A stretch of DNA of 64,000 nt, from NCBI RefSeq assembly GCF_009914755.1, contig NC_060934.1; one strand, given 5' to 3'. Positions 57,523-64,000 of this stretch are shown piece after piece; the stretch's first letter is position 1; each line of letters opens with the position of its first letter. Below the pieces are notes generated by a model. That model was not told where the DNA came from and ran no database searches. It worked only from the letters and a program-made list of their open reading frames with translations. A program made the position numbers and the translations under genes. The stretch is from the human T2T-CHM13v2.0 reference genome, Homo sapiens.

Positions 57523-57676
57523 TTTTTTTCTTTTCTTTTCTTTTCTTTTTTCTTTTTTAGAGAGACAAGGTCTCATTATGTTGCCCAGGATGGCCTCAAA
57601 CTCTGAGGCTCAAGTGATCCTCCTGCCTCAGCCTCCAAGTAGCTAGGACTACAGGCACGTACCACCACACCTGGCT
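57523..57676 (-). mobile_element. FLAM-like monomer
   Basis: Single antisense arm. Confidence 0.85.
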
Positions 57677-57721
57677 GCCTTTGGTGGTATTCACTCTTCA
57701 AGCCTACCACCCAACTACTAA

Positions 57722-58061
<340 letters not shown>

Positions 58062-58241
58062 TAACTTTAGTTTTAATGACTATAACAGTATGTGCATTCA
58101 GAAAAGTGAAATACAGGGAGATGTCATTTGGGGGCACCTTGCTATGCACTGTCTCTATGTTAGACCTTTTCCATACACCATCTTGTCTGATCTTCTGTAC
58201 AACTACAGCAGGAGTTGAGAACAATAGCTACTTCATAGATC

Positions 58242-58452
58242 CGTTCTTAAACAGGGGTGACTTTGCCTCCAAGGGACATGTGGTAAAATCTGAAGATGTG
58301 TTTGGTGGCCACACTGTGGGGGGCAGGGCGGTTACTACTGGGATCTAATGGAGAAAGGCCAAGGATGCTGCTAAACATCCTACAGTGCACAGCACAGCCC
58401 ACAACCAAGAATGACCCAACCCAAAACGCCAATGGTGCTGGGGTTGAGAGAC
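58242..58452 (-). mobile_element. MER20
   Basis: GGGGTGACTTTGCCTCC...GGATGCTGCTAAACATCCTACAGTGCACAG...GGTTGAGA. Confidence 0.88.
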
Positions 58453-58534
58453 CATGTCACAGATGAAGAAACACGTTCGGGGAAATGACTTCCCCCAGGT
58501 CACACAGCTAGTGTGGTAAGCAGAATAACGGCCA

Positions 58535-58775
58535 TCCAAACCTGTGAGTACGTTACCTTACATGGTAAAGGGGAATTAAAGCTGGATTAAGGTTGCTAGC
58601 CAGCTGATCTTAAAATAGGGAGATGATCCTGGATTATCCAGGAAAGCCCAATGTAATCACAAGGGTCCTTATAAGCAAGCAAGGAGGCAGGAGGGTCTGT
58701 GTCAGAGATGAAGAGTGAGAAAGACTCAACCAGCCTCCACTGGCTTTGAAGATGGAGTTGGGTTTGACCCCAAGG
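58535..58775 (+). mobile_element. MLT1D fragment
   Basis: GTTACCTTACATGG...ATCCTGGATTATCCAGG...CCCAATGTAATCACAAGGGTCCTTATAAG...GGCTTTGAAGATGGAG. Confidence 0.8.
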
Positions 58776-58879
58776 CCTAGCTCTTGACCACTACACTAGA
58801 AGAAGGGTTGGGGAGGAAGATCAGGGATCTTCTATAACCCCACAGTCCAGGGAGAACCATTGTTAATATTTTGGAATTA

Positions 58880-59056
58880 GGCCAGGCACAGTAGCTCGAT
58901 GTGATCCTCCTGCTTTGGCCTCCCAAAGCACTTTGGGAGGCCAAAGCAGGAGGATCACTTGAGCCTAGGAGTTTAAGGCTGCAATGAGCTATGATCATGC
59001 CACTGTACTCTAGCCTGGGCAACAAGAGCAAGACCCTGTCTCTAAAATAATAACAA
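58880..59056 (+). mobile_element. Alu monomer (FAM/FRAM-like) with internal inverted duplication
   Basis: TSD TATTTTGGAATTA (58867-58879, 59060-59072); palindrome at 58901-58958. Confidence 0.9.
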
Positions 59057-59130
59057 TAGTATTTTGGAATTATACCATAGTTACAGATGTATATCATGAG
59101 CATTCACCTGTGTCATGAAAAATTAATAGA

Positions 59131-59425
59131 GGCCAGGCGCGATGGCTCACACCTGTAATCCCAGCACTTTGGGAGGCCGAGGCAGGTGGATCACGAGGTC
59201 AGGAGTTCGAGACCAGCTTGGCAAAGATGGTGAAACCCCGTCTCTACTAAAAGTACAAAAATTAGCCGAGCGTGGTGGCAGATGCCTGTAATCCCAGCTA
59301 CTCAGGAGGCTGAGCGAGAGAACTGCTCGAACCCAGGAGGCGAAGGTTGCAGTGAGCTGACATCGTGCCACTGCACTCCAGGCTGGGCGACAGAGTGAGA
59401 CTCCGTTTCAAAAATAAAAAAAAAT
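59131..59425 (+). mobile_element. AluSg-like
   Basis: Full dimer; TSD AAAAATTAATAGA. Confidence 0.94.
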
Positions 59426-60132
59426 AAAAAATTAATAGAAAGTCTAACTTTAATTGACCATGTGATAGTTTATCATGTGTTTTAGCATCATTTAACTTCT
59501 TACGTGGGCATAAGTTGTTTTCAATTCTGTGCTAAAACCACCCTGCAATAACTATTTTTACTGAATTTCTGACTGCATTCGGGGTTATCGCCTTAGATTC
59601 CTAGAAGTCGAATCATTGATCCAATAGGAAATGAATATTTGAGGTTGTTAATAGATAATGCTAAATAGCTCTCCAAAAACGTAAGTACAGGAAAGTATCC
59701 ACTTCATCAAATTCTTCAAAATCTGATAGATTTTTAAAAATCATTTGATAGGTAAAAGAGTATATTAATTTGCCTTTCTTTGGTTATTACAGTAGGTAAC
59801 CTTTTTCTCGTATATTTACAAATCATTTTTATTTTATCTATGATCATTTGTTCACATTTTTTGCCCACTTTTCTATTTTTGTGTTAATAATTTTCTAATC
59901 AGTTTGTGTTTTATGTACATAGCAATATCAACATTAAAGCTAGTAACCCTGTGTTCTTGTATATATGACAAATATATTTTGGAAAATATTTGCCATGCAT
60001 ATTTGTTAGGGGAAAATGTTTGCCATAAATAGTTGTTTGTTGTTGCTTTTTAGCATTTTGTTGTTAATGTTTTATACCTTTTATTTAGGTTTTTTTTGTT
60101 GTTGTTGGTGGTGGTTTTTGGGTTATTTGTCT

Positions 60133-60262
60133 TTTGCATTTTTAGTAGACACAAGGTTTTACTATGTTGCCCAGGCTGGTCTCAAACTCATGACTGAAGC
60201 AATCCCCTCGCTTCGGCCTCTCAAAGTGCTGGGATTACAGGTGTAAGCCACCACACCCACCC
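60133..60262 (-). mobile_element. FLAM/Alu left arm
   Basis: Antisense monomer in decayed L1M context. Confidence 0.8.
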
Positions 60263-61050
60263 ACTTTTTTTTTTTTTTTTTTCATATTGTCAGATACTTT
60301 TCCCTTTGGGATATCAGCCATCATCTAAATGCTTTGAAAGGCCCTCCTAATTCAGAGATGAGGTAAATATTTACATGTATTTCCTATTAGGTTGTGTGTA
60401 TGTGTGGAGTTTAACTTCTTAATTTTGACTTTAATTTATAACTTCATTATGATCATGAGATGCCCACCATGAGGGCAAAGTTCCTGCAACTTTTTAAGCT
60501 TGTCAACAGATGAAAAGGTCAAATTACCACCCCAGGAAATACACAAGTTTAGGCAAAAGTGAGCCTAAATTTGACACACAGTAACTCGTAAGCATCCATG
60601 CTGTGGTCCAGCAAGGCCGTTAGGCATAAAGGGTGAGCAGATCTCAGAAGGACGCCAAACAGCATCTCCTCTCCACAAGCCAAGCCATGTTCAGTGTTTC
60701 TCCTTTCACACTGAGAATTCCCCAGTGCTTATCATCAGCACATCCTGATGGTTTTCCTGGACTCCCTCCTCCCACCACACCATGCTCGACCTCACAAAGA
60801 TGCAAGGGTCCTCGCTGGGGGTCCCTGAGCTCCACTTCCCTGATAATCTCCCACCAACACCAAAAGGAAGGATGAAACTCCTCAAACCCACCCTAAGTGG
60901 TGACTAGTGTCTGCCTGGATGGAGAAGCCCAAACAAACATCACCGAAGGTGATGGATTCGAGCCTGGAGCAGCGATTCTCAGTAATTCTCAACTGCAGAG
61001 CCCAGTCAGCTGTGAAATGTCATCAGCAATATCCGTGATAATAAAGGGAT

Positions 61051-61582
<532 letters not shown>

Positions 61583-61789
61583 TATTACTTGCTTATTAAT
61601 ACTGCTCATGGGTTCTGTTGAACAGACATACCACAGTGTATTTATCCATTCTGCTGATGAATATTTGAGCTATTTCCAGTTTGGGGCAATTAGGAACAAT
61701 GTTAGTGTGAACACTTTTAACAACCTTATTGAGGTATAATTTATATTACTATAAAATGTACCCATTATAATTGGACTATATACAGCTTT

Positions 61790-62113
<324 letters not shown>

Positions 62114-62362
62114 TCACCACCACCTAGTTTTAGAACATTCCATCACCCCCAGAAGTTTCCTCATGCCTATTTGCAGGCAGTCCTCCCTATCCACCCACCC
62201 ATAGCCCAGGCAGCCGATGATATGCTTTCTGTCTCTACAGTGCTGCCTTTTCTACAAGTGTAATCAGATAATATGTAGTATTCTGTGTTTGGCTTCTTGC
62301 ACGGAGCATAATGTTTTTAACCTTCAGTATCTATAGTCTGTTCCTTTTTATTTCTGAGTAGT

Positions 62363-62596
62363 TGATATGGTTTGACTGTGTCCCCACCCAAATCTCATCT
62401 TGAATTGTAGTTCCCGTAATTCCTAGGTGTTGTGGGAGGGACCCGGTGGGAGATAATTGAATCATAGGGGCGGTTTCCCCCACTGTTCTTGTGGTAGTGA
62501 ATACATCTCGTAAGATCTGATGGTTTTGTAAGGGCTTTCCCTTTTTGCTTGGCTCTTATTCTTGCTTTGCCTGCCACCATATAAGATGTGCCTTTC
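62363..62596 (+). mobile_element. THE1B-like LTR, 5' part only
   Basis: TGATATGGTTTGACTGTGTCCCCACCCAAATCTCATCTTGAATTGTAG...TAAGATGTGCCTTT, then Alu; 3' part absent. Confidence 0.9.
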
Positions 62597-63176
<580 letters not shown>

Positions 63177-63508
63177 GTTCCAGTGTCTTCATGTCCTCAC
63201 TTGGTTTTTCCAGTTTCTTTTACTACAACCACTTTAGTTTGGTAGGTAGTGTGTAAACATTCTTAATCGTGTTTCCTGGTCCTCAGGAGCATCTGTCTGG
63301 CTGACTGCTAGGCCACAAATTATTTTTGCCTTCAACTTTTCTAAATATTTCCAAGTTGTTTTCCACATCGATTATACCAATTTAATTCTCTCTAGCAATA
63401 TATAAGTTCCAGTTATACCACATTCTTGTCAATGTCTGATATTGATAGAATATTTGATTTTGCCAATCTGATGGTGTAAAGTGGTATCTCATTTTAGTTA
63501 TAATTTGA

Positions 63509-63998
<490 letters not shown>

Positions 63999-64000
63999 TT

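Overview
Primate (most likely human or great ape) non-coding genomic DNA; the locus cannot be identified from sequence alone. I recognise no protein-coding exon, CpG island, tRNA/rRNA or CRISPR array. The listed ORFs are chance ORFs or translations of repeats. The window is a layered transposon record: about 39 Alu/monomer pieces (7 in the first 30 kb, about 32 in the last 34 kb), MIR/L2, a HAL1 remnant, a 5'-intact but internally deleted ~7.5 kb L1M element that splits an MLT1 LTR, solo LTRs with target-site duplications (MSTA, MER41A, LTR7B, THE1, MER4A), decayed ERVL gag/pro/int fragments and DNA-transposon MITEs (MER53, MER5, MER20, MER58, two MADE1). Best non-routine signals: a 7x41-bp minisatellite inside an old MaLR LTR that arrays inverted CCAAT (NF-Y) boxes; a perfect 28+2+28-bp fold-back palindrome inside an Alu monomer; a near-perfect MADE1 hairpin with miR-548-type arms; a 56-bp templated copy placed 1.1 kb from its donor; an LTR7B/THE1 (DUX4 site)/MER41A cluster; and a GC-rich ~44-bp minisatellite. 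I see no convincing new biological system; these are hypotheses to test. Subfamily calls come from recalled consensus sequences, and boundaries of old repeats are approximate.
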